A DNA stretch of 14,752 nucleotides from a bacterium (lineage in GTDB: Bacteria; Zhuqueibacterota; Zhuqueibacteria; Oceanimicrobiales; Oceanimicrobiaceae), in the NCBI GenBank assembly GCA_046757525.1, contig JBHHYI010000100.1:1-14752 (forward strand), read 5' to 3'. The notes under the pieces are model-generated. The model made no database searches and had not been told where the DNA came from. It worked only from the letters and a program-made list of their open reading frames with translations. Each line of letters opens with the position of its first letter. Within the stretch, counting starts at the first letter, position 1. Of this stretch, positions 13,581-14,752 are shown piece by piece. The translations under genes and the position numbers were made by a program.

Positions 13581-14752
13581 TGAATCTCCTCCAGGACGAC
13601 GGTGAAGTGCCTCAAGAATGGTGCTTCGCGAACGATTCTCAAGCCCTTGATCTGCTCCCGCTTTTCGTAAATCCGGATGATGGATTCTGCCACGTAATTC
13701 ATGTGCATGGTGGTGTAAACTCTTCTCGGAATAGCCAGGCGTACCAATTCAAGCTCAGGGTATTTTATCTGTCCGCTGTCGGGGTCTTTGGCCGCGAACA
13801 TCAAACTGCCGATTTCAACGGCGCGAATTCCAGCTTCCCGGTACAAAGCAACCGTAAGGGCCTGAGCAGGAAACTGTTCCTGAGGAATGTGAGGCAGGAA
13901 CTCTTTGGCGTTCAGATACACCGCGTGCCCGCCCACCGGCTTCACGATGGGAATGCCAGCGGCCTCCAATTGCTCACCAAGATTTCTGACCTGACTGATG
14001 CGAAATCGAAGATAATCCTCGTCCAACACCTCCTGAAAGCCTCGGGCCATGGCTTCTAAATCTCTACCGGCGAGCCCGCCATAGGTTGGGAATCCTTCGA
14101 TCAAGATGAGCAGATAGGTGACCTTTTCCGTCCAGGCATCGTTGTTGAGTCCCAGGAACCCACCGATATTGACCAGCCCATCTTTCTTGGCACTCATGGT
14201 GCACCCGTCGCCGTAGGAAAACAATTCCTGGGCAATCGCCAGGACACTCTTGTCCTGGTAGCCGGGCTCTCGTTCTTTGATAAAATAGCAGTTTTCAGCA
14301 AACCGGCAGGCATCAAAAAACAACGGGATGTTATACTTCTGCAGCAACGCTTTGGTTTCCCGAATATTTTGCATGGACACCGGCTGACCTCCACCGGAGT
14401 TGTTGGTTATGGTGGTCATCACCAGAGGGATATTTTCTGGACCGTACTCATGAATGACCGACGCCAACTTGTCCAGGTCCAGGTTGCCTTTGAAAGGATA
14501 ATCGCTGTGCGGATCCAGACCCTGATCTATCACGAGATTCAGGGCCTTGCCCTGGTGGAATTCCACATTGGCGCGGGTGGTGTCGAAGTGAATGTTGTTT
14601 GGAACGACGTACCCTTTTTTTAAGATCACGGAAAAAAGCAAGTTCTCGGCCACGCGTCCCTGGTGGGTAGGAATGATGTGTTTGTAGCCAAAGATATTGT
14701 GCACAACCTCTTCGAAGTTGAAATAATTGCGGCTGCCCGCATACGATTCGTC
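13577..14752 (-). CDS. tnaA: Tryptophanase (PLP-dependent beta-eliminating lyase), 5'-truncated by the window edge
   Basis: The frame is open from base 14752 (DESYAGSRNYFNFEEVVHNIFG...). It has THQGR, DACRFAEN and the PLP lysine motif MSAKKD. HFDTT, EIGS and LRHFT carry the tryptophanase-type residues, whereas tyrosine phenol-lyase has FTTT, ERG and LRFF. Confidence 0.88.
   Translation of the reverse strand, partial: DESYAGSRNYFNFEEVVHNIFGYKHIIPTHQGRVAENLLFSVILKKGYVVPNNIHFDTTRANVEFHQGKALNLVIDQGLDPHSDYPFKGNLDLDKLASVIHEYGPENIPLVMTTITNNSGGGQPVSMQNIRETKALLQKYNIPLFFDACRFAENCYFIKEREPGYQDKSVLAIAQELFSYGDGCTMSAKKDGLVNIGGFLGLNNDAWTEKVTYLLILIEGFPTYGGLAGRDLEAMARGFQEVLDEDYLRFRISQVRNLGEQLEAAGIPIVKPVGGHAVYLNAKEFLPHIPQEQFPAQALTVALYREAGIRAVEIGSLMFAAKDPDSGQIKYPELELVRLAIPRRVYTTMHMNYVAESIIRIYEKREQIKGLRIVREAPFLRHFTVVLEEIH

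Noticed and set aside
13577..14752. Tyrosine phenol-lyase assignment, and the start at 14704 given in the ORF track
   Set aside because: The diagnostic motifs (FDTT, EIGS, LRHF, SAKKD) are tryptophanase-type, and the frame stays open to the window edge, so 14704 is an internal GTG.
1..14752. CRISPR arrays, tRNA/rRNA, IS elements, prophage or defence genes
   Set aside because: I saw no spaced direct repeats, cloverleaf structures, or transposase, integrase or nuclease motifs, and all intergenic gaps are 150 nt or shorter.

Overview
This is a gene-dense bacterial chromosomal window in which all 15 supported CDSs lie on the minus strand; no RNA gene, mobile element or CRISPR array is visible. 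In transcription order (right to left) the genes are: tryptophanase (5'-truncated), a HAD phosphatase, a lipoprotein with three Asp/Gly-rich Ig-like repeats, a 7x Asp-box beta-propeller with a T9SS-type/FlgD-Ig C-terminal domain, two PorV/PorQ-family outer-membrane barrels, a GH57 alpha-amylase/4-alpha-glucanotransferase, an S41 C-terminal protease, ExbB-ExbD-ExbD-TonB behind a near-consensus sigma70 promoter, a hypothetical lipoprotein, a SigH/SigR-like ECF sigma factor, and a membrane-anchored zinc anti-sigma factor (3'-truncated and absent from the supplied ORF track). T9SS-like parts together with clear Shine-Dalgarno sites suggest a non-Bacteroidota FCB-type lineage such as KSB1 or Calditrichota (inference). 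The two most notable items are (1) an ECF sigma/ZAS anti-sigma pair with a second, extracytoplasmic CxxC/His cluster and matching GGAAT-N18/19-GTT promoters, and (2) a compact T9SS-like surface module near a receptor-less ExbBDD-TonB motor.
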